Shown in pieces: positions 51,747 to 64,000 of a stretch of DNA of 64,000 nt; within the stretch, counting starts at the first letter, position 1; each line of letters starts with the position of its first letter. The DNA comes from an uncultured delta proteobacterium (GTDB lineage Bacteria; Myxococcota; UBA727; VGSZ01): NCBI GenBank assembly GCA_963775425.1, contig CAVZJB010000003.1, positions 640,001-704,000 of the forward strand, given 5' to 3'. The notes under the pieces were generated by a model, which saw only the letters and a program-made list of their open reading frames with translations, ran no database searches and was not told the origin of the DNA. Made by a program: the position numbers and the translations under genes.

Positions 51747-52718
51747 TTACTCGGGCTTTCCCGGAGTGGGATGGTTGAGCAACGCATCCCGAACGGCCTG
51801 TTGGCGCTCGAGGGCCTCCTGGTAGGCCTGCTCGATGCCCGGCCCCGCCCAGCGTACGATCTGGTGGTCGGGCGCGACGGCCTTCAGCGCATCGAGCTCC
51901 TTTTTCTGGTCGAAGATGTTCGGCTGGACGAGCACGAGCTGCGCCTGCGCCCGGATGAAGGCCGGGTCCCTCTCGAGCGCCTGGCGGTAATACGTCATCG
52001 CCTGGTTGGCGTCGCCGTCGCGCATCTGGGCGGCGATGCCGCGCAGGAAGGTGAGGCCGTTGCTGTCGGGGTTTCGCTCTTCGACCTTGGCCACCATGTC
52101 GGAGAACTCGCGCCACTCGTTGCGCAGGCGGTGGGCGTCGGCGGCGATGCGGTAGCCGACGTAGTCGTCGGGCTTGTCCGCGATCACCTTGTGCGCGCCG
52201 TCGACGCCGGCGGCGACGTGCTCGGCGGCGAGGAGCCGCAGGGCCTGGTCGGTGTCGCGGTAGAGCTGCACCTTGTCGCGCTCGGCGGCGAGCTTGTCGG
52301 CGTCGGGCCCCGCGAGCTTGCGCACCTGCAGCGCGCGCACGTTTTCGTCGAGGCGGTCGGCGGTGTCGGCGAGCACCTCGGCGACGGTGAGCTCCGCCTC
52401 GCCCCACGCGAGGAGGATCTGGCTCTTGAGCGCCAGCGCGTCCGTCGACGGCTGCGTCTCGAGCCACGACACCGCCCCGGGGAAGAGGTCGATGCGATCG
52501 CTCTTCAGGACCGCGAGCGCCTCTTCCATCGTCGTGGGCGGCGGCGGTCGCTTCTGCGGCGGCACCTGCTTGGCCTCGAAGGCCTCGACGAGCTTGGTGG
52601 CCTCGTGCAGCGAGAGGCCCACGGTGTGGGGGCGTTCGGGGGCGGGCGCCGCGGTGGTGCAGCCCGCGATGACGACGGCCGCGAGCGAGGAGGCAAGGGA
52701 GCGGAGGGGGACTCGCAT
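51747..52718 (-). CDS. TPR-containing lipoprotein
   Basis: MRVPLRSLASSLAAVVIAG|C; AMTYYRQALERDPAF TPR-like repeat. Confidence 0.8.
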   Translation of the reverse strand: MRVPLRSLASSLAAVVIAGCTTAAPAPERPHTVGLSLHEATKLVEAFEAKQVPPQKRPPPPTTMEEALAVLKSDRIDLFPGAVSWLETQPSTDALALKSQILLAWGEAELTVAEVLADTADRLDENVRALQVRKLAGPDADKLAAERDKVQLYRDTDQALRLLAAEHVAAGVDGAHKVIADKPDDYVGYRIAADAHRLRNEWREFSDMVAKVEERNPDSNGLTFLRGIAAQMRDGDANQAMTYYRQALERDPAFIRAQAQLVLVQPNIFDQKKELDALKAVAPDHQIVRWAGPGIEQAYQEALERQQAVRDALLNHPTPGKPE

Positions 52719-52773
52719 GGTGGCCGGGTACCGCGGGTGCCGCGTGCGTGGCAACCGGCTATCCTCGACGGAG

Positions 52774-53907
52774 GTGGCCGACTCCCCTCGAAACGCGTCC
52801 CGGCTCGCGGCCGTCGTGCTGACGGCCTGCTTGCCTGCCGTCGCCGCCGGATGCCCGCGTCCGGCGCTCGAAGGCCGGCCCTGCGCGGTCGACGCCGACT
52901 GCGTCGACGTGGCGCTGTCCTGCGTCGACGCGCGCTGCACCGCCGGCGCCGGCCCCACGGACGCCGGCGGCGTCCTCGACGACGACGCGGGCGTGGACGA
53001 CGCCGGCGTGGGCGACGCGGGCGTGGGCGACGCGGGCGTGGACGACGCGGGCGTGGACGACGCCGGCTCCGTCGACGCCGGCATCCCCGACGTGCCCCAG
53101 ACCTGCGCGCACGTCCACGCGCTCGACCCCACGGCGCCCTCGGGGCCGTACGCCCTCGATCTCGACCACGACGGCGCGCTCGACGACCGGAACGACGACG
53201 GCACCATCACCAACGCGGGCGACGGCATCTATTGCAACATGAGCATCGCCGGCGGCGGCTGGATCCTCTCGGGCTACCTCGACCAGGACGTCATCGCCGC
53301 GAGCGGCTGCCCGCCGCCGTGGGTGCTCGAGGACCACAGCGACGACCCGCTCGGCTTCGTCGGCTGCCGCCGCGGCGGGACCAACGGCGGGCAGGCGAGC
53401 ATCTTCGCGGCCGTCTGGTACCCGTACACGGAGATCCTCGGCGTCGTCGAGGCCGTGCCGTTCGGCACGCCCGACGCGTTCTTCGACTCGCCCATCGCCG
53501 ACAGCACCATCGGCGACCCGTACGTCGACGGCGTCAGCGTCACCGTCGGCGACAACCCGCGCGAGCACGTGTTCACCTTCGTGAGCGCGAGCCCCGACGG
53601 CGACCCCGCCGCCGCGTGCCCCTGCGCGGGCGGTCCCGGTCCCCCCGCGTTCGTCGGCGAGGACTACGTCTGCGACGTCCCGAGCCCCGCCGCCATCGCC
53701 GGCGGCACCAACCACTTCGACCCGAGCGACCCGCAGTGGGACGGCAGCGACTTCGTGTGCACGTCGCCCGACGTCGTCAACGGCAACTTCTTCACGCGCA
53801 ACGTCGGCGGCCCGCGCCTGGACAACCCCGAGGTCCGCATCATGAGCGACGAGGGCAGCGCCGACGAGGACTTCGCCATCACCCGCATCGAGATCTACAC
53901 GCGGTGA
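52774..53907 (+). CDS. Lipoprotein with DAG repeats and fibrinogen-like C-terminal domain
   Basis: AAG|C lipobox; Cys-rich module; (D/G)DAGV repeats; TC...PSGPY...IYCNMSIAGGGW. Confidence 0.85.
   Translation: MADSPRNASRLAAVVLTACLPAVAAGCPRPALEGRPCAVDADCVDVALSCVDARCTAGAGPTDAGGVLDDDAGVDDAGVGDAGVGDAGVDDAGVDDAGSVDAGIPDVPQTCAHVHALDPTAPSGPYALDLDHDGALDDRNDDGTITNAGDGIYCNMSIAGGGWILSGYLDQDVIAASGCPPPWVLEDHSDDPLGFVGCRRGGTNGGQASIFAAVWYPYTEILGVVEAVPFGTPDAFFDSPIADSTIGDPYVDGVSVTVGDNPREHVFTFVSASPDGDPAAACPCAGGPGPPAFVGEDYVCDVPSPAAIAGGTNHFDPSDPQWDGSDFVCTSPDVVNGNFFTRNVGGPRLDNPEVRIMSDEGSADEDFAITRIEIYTR
52981..53082 (+). repeat. 15-bp coding tandem repeat encoding (D/G)DAGV, about 6 copies
   Basis: G(A/G)CGACGC(G/C)GGCGTG repeated in frame. 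Confidence 0.85.
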
Positions 53908-53991
53908 GGCGAAGCGTCACGACAGGGACGGCCCCGCGGGCCTGACGACGACCGTGCGCCGCGCCCGCGGGCAGCCCCACCGGGCGCGCCT

Positions 53992-55533
<1,542 letters not shown>

Positions 55534-55670
55534 CGGTCCTCCCCTGGCGCAGGGTATGTGGGTGCCTGTGGGTATCGCCTCGAAATTCCTTCGTGTTCGT
55601 GCGATCTTCATCGGTCAGATGAGGGAGTCGCATCCCCGCACACATCTCGGGAAGGAGCCGAAAAACCAAC

Positions 55671-57794
55671 ATGGGACTCACGGTACACCGCCGCACCTCG
55701 GTCCAGGCACCCTCCAAAACCGAAAAAGTCGCGCCCAAACGCCGCCGGAAGCGCACGACCGCCACGGAGAATCTCCACGCGCCGGTGCCCAAGGCGGATC
55801 CCGCCAAGGTGCTCGCCGCCGGCGGCAAGCGCGGGGTGAGCGCCGTCAACGCCCGCACCTGGACGCCGCCGGCGAGCGCGCCCCGGCTGGCGCCGGTCAA
55901 CATCCTCGAGGTCCGGCCCAACGTCGACAGCGGCGACTTCGCCCTCAAGCGCATCGCCGGCGAGACGCTGCGCGTGCACGCCGACATCCTCAAGGAGGGC
56001 CACGACCACGTGCGCGCGGAGGTCGTCGCCACCGACCCGGCGGGCCACGAGCACCGCTTGGAGATGGCCTACGACGTCGACCATGACGAGTGGCACGCGG
56101 ACCTCGACCTCGACGCCATCGGCACCTGGCAGTACCGCATCGAGTCCTTCACCGACCACTTCGGCACCTGGGCCGAGGGCCTCGGCCGCAAGGTCGGCGC
56201 CGGCCGCGACGTGAGCTCCGAGCTCCTCGAGGGGCAGGCGATGCTCGAGGCCGCCGCCAAGCACGCCAAGGGCCGCGATCGCGCGCTGCTGTTGCAGACG
56301 GCGCTCGTCCTCGCGGACCCGTTTGCGTCCTTCGGCGATCGCGCGCAGGCCGTCACCGGCGACGTGCTCGCGCTCATGCGCCGCTACGAGGCGCCCACCG
56401 ACCTGTCGACCTCCGCCAGGACCTACGAGGTCGCCGTCGAGCGCGGCCGCGCCAGGACCGGCGCGTGGTACGAGATGTTCCCGCGCTCGGCCACGGAAGA
56501 TCCCAAGAAGCACGGCACGCTGCGCCAGGCGGAGAAGCGCCTCGACGACATCCGCTCCATGGGCTTCGACGTCGTCTACCTGCCGCCCATCCACCCCATC
56601 GGCGAGAGCGCGCGCAAGGGCAAGAACAACGCCGAGAACGCCGGCCCCGGCGACGTCGGCAGCCCCTGGGCCATCGGCAGCAAGTACGGCGGCCACGACG
56701 CCGTGCACCCCGACCTCGGCACCGTCGACGACTTCGTCCACTTCGTGAAGGCGGCCAACGAAAAGGGGATGGAGGTCGCCCTCGACTTCGCCGTGCAATG
56801 CGCGCCGGACCACCCGTGGGTGAAGGAGCACCCGGAGTGGTTCAAGCACCGCCCCGACGGGACCATCCAGTACGCGGAGAACCCGCCCAAGATCTACCAG
56901 GACATCGTGCAGCTCGACATGTGGGGGCCCGAGCGCGACGACATGTGGAACGCCATCAAGGACGTGATGGACACGTGGATCGACCGCGGCGTGAAGATCT
57001 TCCGCGTCGACAACCCGCACACCAAGCCGCCGGCGTTCTGGCAGTGGCTCATCCGGGAGGTGCACAAGGAGCACCCCGACATCGTGTTCCTCTCGGAGGC
57101 GTTCGCGCGGCCGAAGAAGCTCGAGCTCTACGCCAAGCTCGGCTTCTCGCAGAGCTACACGTACTTCACCTGGAAGAACACGCGCGCCGAGCTCGAGGGC
57201 TTCATGAAGGACATCATGAACGCCAGCGACTTCCTCCGGCCCAACTTCTTCGCCAACACGCCCGACATCCTGCCCGAGTACCTGCAGACCGGTGGCAAGG
57301 CCGCGTTCGAGGTGCGCTACGCGCTGGCGGCGACGCTGTCGCCGTCGGCGGGCATCTACTCGGGCTTCGAGCTGCTCGAGGGAGATGCGCTCAAGGGAGA
57401 GGACTACAAAGACAGCGAGAAGTACGAGGTGCGCCCGCGCGACTACGACGCCCCCGGCAACATCAAGGAGTGGATCGCCAAGGTGAACTACATCACCCAC
57501 GCGGAGCCGGCGCTGCAGGAGCTCAAGAACCTGCGGCTGCACAACGCCGACAACGACAAGATCCTGAGCTTCTCCAAGGGCAACATCCTCGTCGTCGCCA
57601 ACCTCGACCCGCACAACACGCAGGAGGGCACCGTCCACCTCGACGGCGGCGCCCTCGGCCTCGACGACAACAAGAGCTACGTCGTGCACGACCTCCTGAG
57701 CGGAGAGAAGTTCCCGTGGAAGGGGCTGCACAACTACGTGAAGCTCGACCCTGGCGAGCAGCCCGTGCACATCTTCAAGATCGAGGAGGCGTGA
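55671..57794 (+). CDS. glgE: Alpha-1,4-glucan:maltose-1-phosphate maltosyltransferase GlgE with N-terminal extension
   Basis: WYEMFPRS, YLPPIHPIG, IQYAENPPK, FRVDNPHTKP, FLSEAF, SEKYE. Confidence 0.96.
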   Translation: MGLTVHRRTSVQAPSKTEKVAPKRRRKRTTATENLHAPVPKADPAKVLAAGGKRGVSAVNARTWTPPASAPRLAPVNILEVRPNVDSGDFALKRIAGETLRVHADILKEGHDHVRAEVVATDPAGHEHRLEMAYDVDHDEWHADLDLDAIGTWQYRIESFTDHFGTWAEGLGRKVGAGRDVSSELLEGQAMLEAAAKHAKGRDRALLLQTALVLADPFASFGDRAQAVTGDVLALMRRYEAPTDLSTSARTYEVAVERGRARTGAWYEMFPRSATEDPKKHGTLRQAEKRLDDIRSMGFDVVYLPPIHPIGESARKGKNNAENAGPGDVGSPWAIGSKYGGHDAVHPDLGTVDDFVHFVKAANEKGMEVALDFAVQCAPDHPWVKEHPEWFKHRPDGTIQYAENPPKIYQDIVQLDMWGPERDDMWNAIKDVMDTWIDRGVKIFRVDNPHTKPPAFWQWLIREVHKEHPDIVFLSEAFARPKKLELYAKLGFSQSYTYFTWKNTRAELEGFMKDIMNASDFLRPNFFANTPDILPEYLQTGGKAAFEVRYALAATLSPSAGIYSGFELLEGDALKGEDYKDSEKYEVRPRDYDAPGNIKEWIAKVNYITHAEPALQELKNLRLHNADNDKILSFSKGNILVVANLDPHNTQEGTVHLDGGALGLDDNKSYVVHDLLSGEKFPWKGLHNYVKLDPGEQPVHIFKIEEA

Positions 57795-57795
57795 G

Positions 57796-60141
57796 ATGCC
57801 CCGCGTGAACAAGAACCCCACGCGCGCCCTCCCCGTCGACACCTCCCGCGCGCGCCGCGCCAAGCCCAAGGACAAGCCCAAGGAGACGGCCACCACCACG
57901 CGCGCCACGCAGAACACCCCCGGGGCCAGCGCGCGCGCTCTCGCGCGCGTCACCGGCGCCGGCGACGGCGCCGCCGTCCACGACGTCCCCGAGCAGCAGT
58001 TGTTGGCGCTGGCGGCCGGCGTGCACTCCGATCCCCACACCATCCTCGGCGCCCACGACGCCGGCGGCGGCAAGACCCGCGTGCGCGCGCGCTTCGACGA
58101 CGGCGCGCAGGTGACGCTGGTGTACGAGGCCCCGGCCAAGCTCAACCGCGTGGGGCTGCCCATGCCCTCCAAGGGCGAGCAGCGGCTCGAGATGAAGCCC
58201 GGCGCGCACGGCTTGGTCGAGGCCGACGTCAAAGGCGGGATCGGCAGCTACCACTTCGAGGTCGACGGCAAGCGCGTCGAGGACCCGTATCGCTTCGCCC
58301 CCACCGTGTCCGACCTCGACATCTACCTGTTCAAAGAGGGGAAGCTCGAGGACACCGCGCACCTCCTCGGCGCCCACGACATGGAGCGAGACGGCGTCAA
58401 GGGCTTCAACTTCGTGGTGTGGGCGCCCAACGCCCGCGGCGTCAGCGTCGTCGGCGACTTCAACGACTGGGACCCGTCCAGGATGCCGATGCGCAAGCTC
58501 GGCGGCGCCGTCTACGAGTTGTTCGTCCCCGAGGTGAAGGGCGGCGACAAGTACATGTTCTCCGTCGCCGGCGAAAAGGGCGGGCGCACGCTCAAGGCCG
58601 ACCCCGCCGCGCGCTCGAGCGAGGTGCGCCCCGGCATCGCGTCCGTCACCGCGGGCCGGAGCAAGCACGTGTGGCACGACGCCTCCTTCATGAAGGCGCG
58701 GGCGGCCACCAATCCGCTGTCGCAGCCCGTCAGCACATACGAGGTGCACCTCCCGTCCTGGAAGCGCGAGGACGACGGCTCCATGAAGAGCTACCGCGAG
58801 CTCGCCGACGAGCTCGTGCCGCACCTGAAGAAGGAAGGCTTCAACGCCATCGAGCTGGTGGGCCTCGCCGAGCACCCGCTCGACGACTCGTGGGGATACC
58901 AGGTCACCGGCTACTACGCGCCGACCTCGAGGCACGGCTCGCCCGACGACTTCAAGTACTTCATGGACAAGATGCACGAGGCCGGCATCCGCGTCATCTA
59001 CGACTGGGTGCCCGCGCACTACCCCAAGGACCCGCACGGCCTCGCCGACTTCGACGGCACGCACCTGTTCGACCACGAAGACCCGCGGCTGGGCGAGCAC
59101 CTCGACTGGGGCACGCGCATCTTCAACTACGGCCGCTACGAGGTGAAGAGCTTCCTCATCGGCAGCCTGATGCACATGCTCGACGAGTATCACCTCGACG
59201 GCGTGCGCGTGGACGCCGTGGCCTCCATGCTCTACCGCGACTACTCGCGCACCGAGTGGATCCCCAACGAGGACGGCAGCAAGGAGAACCGTGAGGCCAT
59301 CGCGTTCCTGAAGGAGGCCAACGCGCGCGTGGGAGAGCGCTTCCCCGGCGTGCTGCGCATCGCCGAGGAGTCCACCGCGTTCCCCGGGGTCACCTCCAAG
59401 GACGGGCTCGGCTTCGATCTCAAGTGGAACATGGGGTGGATGCACGACACCCTCGACTTCTTCCAGACGCCCACCGGCGAGCGCGGCCAGCGGCTCGACG
59501 AGCTCACCAACACGTTCCTGTGGGCGCACTCGGAGAAGTTCGTCGCGGCGCTCTCGCACGACGAGGTCGTGCACCTCAAGAAGTCGCTGATCGAGAAGAT
59601 GCCGGGCGACGAGTGGCAGAAGCGCGCGAACCTGCGGCTGTTGTTCGGCTTCATGTTCAGTTACCCGGGCCAGAAGCTCCTGTTCATGGGGAGCGAGCTC
59701 GCGCAGCACGGCGAGTGGAACTTCCGAAGCGAGCTCGATTGGCAAAACGCCGACGGCGGCACCGAGCGGCTGCTCTCCGATCTCAACAAGCTCTACACGG
59801 AGGAGCCGGCGCTGTCGCAAAAGCAGTTCGACCCGTCGGGCACGGAGGCGTTCCACCTCGACCGGAACGACGCCGTCGTGGGGATGCGGCGCAAGGGAGA
59901 CAAGGCACAGGACGATCTCGTCTTCGTCCACAACCTCACGGAGACCCCGCGCACGGTGCGCCTCGGCGTCGACAAGGGGACGTGGAAGGAAATTCTGAAC
60001 ACCGACGCCAAGGCGTACGGCGGCAGCGACGTGCGCAACCCGCGCGCGATGGCGGCGAAGCCGGTGCCCGCCGATGAGAAGAAGTACTCAATCGAGGTCA
60101 CGTTGCCCCCGCTCGCGACCATCGTGTTGAAGCGTCGCTAG
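57796..60141 (+). CDS. glgB: 1,4-alpha-glucan branching enzyme GlgB with N-terminal extension
   Basis: VWAPNA, SWGYQ, RVDAVASM, IAEEST, LSHDEVVH. Confidence 0.97.
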   Translation: MPRVNKNPTRALPVDTSRARRAKPKDKPKETATTTRATQNTPGASARALARVTGAGDGAAVHDVPEQQLLALAAGVHSDPHTILGAHDAGGGKTRVRARFDDGAQVTLVYEAPAKLNRVGLPMPSKGEQRLEMKPGAHGLVEADVKGGIGSYHFEVDGKRVEDPYRFAPTVSDLDIYLFKEGKLEDTAHLLGAHDMERDGVKGFNFVVWAPNARGVSVVGDFNDWDPSRMPMRKLGGAVYELFVPEVKGGDKYMFSVAGEKGGRTLKADPAARSSEVRPGIASVTAGRSKHVWHDASFMKARAATNPLSQPVSTYEVHLPSWKREDDGSMKSYRELADELVPHLKKEGFNAIELVGLAEHPLDDSWGYQVTGYYAPTSRHGSPDDFKYFMDKMHEAGIRVIYDWVPAHYPKDPHGLADFDGTHLFDHEDPRLGEHLDWGTRIFNYGRYEVKSFLIGSLMHMLDEYHLDGVRVDAVASMLYRDYSRTEWIPNEDGSKENREAIAFLKEANARVGERFPGVLRIAEESTAFPGVTSKDGLGFDLKWNMGWMHDTLDFFQTPTGERGQRLDELTNTFLWAHSEKFVAALSHDEVVHLKKSLIEKMPGDEWQKRANLRLLFGFMFSYPGQKLLFMGSELAQHGEWNFRSELDWQNADGGTERLLSDLNKLYTEEPALSQKQFDPSGTEAFHLDRNDAVVGMRRKGDKAQDDLVFVHNLTETPRTVRLGVDKGTWKEILNTDAKAYGGSDVRNPRAMAAKPVPADEKKYSIEVTLPPLATIVLKRR

Positions 60142-60288
60142 CCGCAGCCGACGGGGTGGGCGATTGCGATCGCACGGGAACGCGCGGTCGGTGAGCGTAA
60201 ACGCTCGGCGTCCGACGGATCGCGCGCGTCACGAACGCGCGCGGTGATGGCCCGCCGCTTGCGTTTGGCGCCGCGGGGGAAGTCAGGG

Positions 60289-60909
60289 ATGGCAGAGAGC
60301 CTCGCAGTCGAGGGAACCAAGCTGCGCCTCGCGCACTGGTTCCCGCCGGAGCCGCGCGCCGTCATCGTCGTCGCGCAGGGCGGAAACGCCCGTCTGGGGA
60401 AGCGCGCGCGCGCCCTCGCGGCCCACGCGCTGGACGCGTCTTACGGCGTGCTCTTCGTCCACCTGTTGTCGCCGGACGAGGCCGCGGCCGACGCAGCGAC
60501 GGGAGCGCACCGGTTCAACGTCGGGCTGCTCGGCCGGCGCCTCGCCGGCGCCCTCGAGGCCGCCGACGTCGCCGGCCGCGTGCGCGGGCTCGCCCTCGGG
60601 CTCTGCGCCTCGGGCACCGGCGCCGCCGCCGCGCTGGTCGCCGCGGCGAAGCACCCGGACGTCGTGCGGGCGGTCGTCTGCTACGCCGGGCGCCCCGACC
60701 TCGCGTCGCCCATCCTCCATCGCGTGCGCGCGCGCACCCGCCTCATCGTCGGTGGGCGCGACCTGCACGGCGTCCGCGCCAACTGCGCGGCGCTGCCGAG
60801 CCTGCCGCGCCACAGCGAGCTGTCCCTCGTCCCCGGCGCCGGCGCCGGCCTCGACGACGACGCCTCCATCCGCGCAGTCGCCGCGCTCGCCACGAGCTGG
60901 CTCGACTGA
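60289..60909 (+). CDS. Alpha/beta hydrolase (dienelactone hydrolase-like), catalytic motifs degenerate
   Basis: RFNVGLLGRRL, TGAAAALVAAA, AVVCYAGRPDLA, LIVGGRD, LVPGA. Confidence 0.8.
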   Translation: MAESLAVEGTKLRLAHWFPPEPRAVIVVAQGGNARLGKRARALAAHALDASYGVLFVHLLSPDEAAADAATGAHRFNVGLLGRRLAGALEAADVAGRVRGLALGLCASGTGAAAALVAAAKHPDVVRAVVCYAGRPDLASPILHRVRARTRLIVGGRDLHGVRANCAALPSLPRHSELSLVPGAGAGLDDDASIRAVAALATSWLD

Positions 60910-61049
60910 CGGTCGGAAGGTTCGACCAGCGCGACGAAAGAATCGTCCGACGCGCCGGGAAAACCTGGCACTCCGCCACGTCGAAGATCGCGCGGTGCGC
61001 CCTCGCGTCCATGTCGTTACAACGATAGACGCCGCGCGGGGGACATCAC

Positions 61050-62393
<1,344 letters not shown>

Positions 62394-62395
62394 GC

Positions 62396-63235
62396 TCAGC
62401 CGCCGGTGGTCTCTTCGAACAGCGCGACGAACGCCGGCATGCTGCGGACGACGTCGAAGAAGCGGTCGCCCTCGACCCAGGCGCGCACGCGATCGCGGTC
62501 GACCTCGACGGCGCGCGCGAGGGCGTCGATGCACGCCTTGGCCTCGCCCTGCGCCGCCCGCAGCGCGGCCATGTGATAGTTGGCCATGATGTCGCCGGCG
62601 TCGATCTCGAGCGCCTTCTGCAGCGCCTTCTCGGCCTCCTCGTAGAAGCCCTTGGTGGCGTAGCAGTTGCCGAGGTCCACCCAGGCGTCGAGGTTGTCCG
62701 CCTCGTGTTTCACGACGTCGCGGAGGTGCGGGATGGCCTCGCCGGGCTTGCCGATGTCCATGAGGACGGTGGCGAGCTCGTGGCGGGCGACGGGGTCGCG
62801 CGGGTCGAGGTCGAGGGCGACCTGGTACTCCTTGAGCGCGTCCTGGAACAAGCCCCGCTCCGCGAGCGTGAGCCCGAGGTTCAGGTGGGCGTCGGGGTAG
62901 TCCCACTCGAGCTCGATGGTCTCCTTGTACTCGCGCACCGCGAGCTCGTGTCCGTGCGTGGCGAGGAAGCAAGCCAGGTTGTAGTGCGCCGTGGGCGACT
63001 GGGGCTCGAGGTCGATGGCGAGCATGTATTCGCGCAGCGCTTCCCGGAACAAGCCCTTCTCCGCGTACACGGTGGCGAGGTTGTCGTGCGCGTGGGCGCT
63101 GTCGGGGTCGAGGTCGATCGCCTTCTTGAATTCGCGGACGGACTCGTCGAGCCACCCGCGATCCGCGAGCTCGATGCCCTTTTGGTTGTGGAAGTCGGAC
63201 TGCGCGAGGCGGTCGAACTTCTCCTTGTCGGCCAT
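62396..63235 (-). CDS. Tetratricopeptide repeat protein
   Basis: About 7 tandem TPRs (AHDNLA, AHYNLA, AHLNLG, AWVDLG). Confidence 0.92.
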   Translation of the reverse strand: MADKEKFDRLAQSDFHNQKGIELADRGWLDESVREFKKAIDLDPDSAHAHDNLATVYAEKGLFREALREYMLAIDLEPQSPTAHYNLACFLATHGHELAVREYKETIELEWDYPDAHLNLGLTLAERGLFQDALKEYQVALDLDPRDPVARHELATVLMDIGKPGEAIPHLRDVVKHEADNLDAWVDLGNCYATKGFYEEAEKALQKALEIDAGDIMANYHMAALRAAQGEAKACIDALARAVEVDRDRVRAWVEGDRFFDVVRSMPAFVALFEETTGG

Positions 63236-63244
63236 GAGGTCACC

Positions 63245-64000
63245 TTACGAAGACGAGTGCTCGCGTGTCACGCGCGGACGACGGCGGGAAGGCGGGACGG
63301 GGGCGGCGGCGACCTCCCGCTCCTGGGCGGCGATCTCGGCGTCGAGTTGCATGGCCCGCGCCCGCGCCGCACGGAATACTGTGGCGAGGATGCTCATGAG
63401 CGGGACCGCGAGGAGCGCGCCGACGATGCCGTAGAAGCGCTCGCCGACGACGAGGGCGAGGATGATGAGCACCGGATGGATGCGCGCCGCCGCGCCCATG
63501 ATCTTGGCGTTCAAGAAGTGCTGCAGAAAATGGATGAGGATGATCCACACGACGGCGAGGAGCGTCTTCTCGACGCCGCTCGGCAGCGCGACCATCACGA
63601 TGGGCACCGTCGACAGGATGCTCCCGAAGATGGGTACGAGCGAGAACACCGCCGCCAGGGTGGCGAGCAGGAACGCGAACTTGATGTGCAAGAGCCAGAG
63701 CCCGACGAACGTGAGCGCGCCGTTGATGAGGCAGATGGTGAGCTGCCCGCGGATGACGCTCGAGAGCCCGCGGTCAACGCGCGCGATGAGGTCCTTGACC
63801 TTGTTGCGGTCGGAGACCGGGGCGAGGGAGACCAGGAAGTCGACGATGTCGTCGGCGTCGGCCGCGATGAACGCCGTGAGCATGAGCACGAGGAAGGTCT
63901 TGAAGACGGCGCCGACGATGCCGGCCACGATGAGCTGCACCGACGACAACATCGCGCGCGCCTCCGCCGCCAACGCCGCCTTGATGTCGCGGACGACACC
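63245..64000 (-). CDS. AI-2E family transporter, 5' part outside window
   Basis: IRGQL, SLVPIFGS, IHPVLIILAL..G...YGIVGALLAVP. Confidence 0.92.
   Translation of the reverse strand, partial: GVVRDIKAALAAEARAMLSSVQLIVAGIVGAVFKTFLVLMLTAFIAADADDIVDFLVSLAPVSDRNKVKDLIARVDRGLSSVIRGQLTICLINGALTFVGLWLLHIKFAFLLATLAAVFSLVPIFGSILSTVPIVMVALPSGVEKTLLAVVWIILIHFLQHFLNAKIMGAAARIHPVLIILALVVGERFYGIVGALLAVPLMSILATVFRAARARAMQLDAEIAAQEREVAAAPVPPSRRRPRVTREHSSS

Noticed and set aside
55534-55670. Sigma28-like promoters (GGCGATAC, ACCGATGA) between mak and glgE
   Set aside because: Only partial -10 matches with no TAAA -35 element; too weak to call
60965-60982. Sigma54 promoter upstream of the NtrC-type gene (CTGGCAC)
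   Set aside because: No GC at the -12 position ten bases after GG

Overview
A very GC-rich chromosomal window, most likely from a Myxococcota (deltaproteobacterial) genome; this is inferred from a TIGR02266-type PilZ protein, a REC-DUF4388-like-J-TPR protein and DAG/EGEG-repeat lipoproteins. Housekeeping genes are ffh, rimP-nusA-ylxR/L7Ae-infB-DUF503-rbfA-glmM, ychF, smc and sppA. Accessory content: (1) a ParA ATPase with two N-terminal Cys-rich TRASH-like motifs and a coupled RHH-like gene; (2) a 2-kb repeat-rich interval with a 36/28-bp minisatellite, a sigma54-promoter-preceded 39-aa lipoprotein missed by the ORF track, a two-repeat CRISPR-like unit and a triple TCAC-N3-GTGA repeat; (3) three internally deleted IS1182-family remnants, each abutting a host gene's TGA stop; (4) a split srsABC-like type III PKS set; (5) a GMC dehydrogenase pair opposite a di-haem propeller lipoprotein; (6) two orphan hydrophobic-hairpin proteins followed by a DcrB/DUF1795-like gene; (7) a lipoprotein resembling a sponge-expanded fibrinogen-like family; (8) a divergent mak / glgE-glgB locus whose three enzymes all carry long basic, low-complexity N-terminal extensions suggestive of an export or targeting signal. 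No rRNA, tRNA or cas genes were seen. All family assignments come from motif recognition by eye, not database searches.
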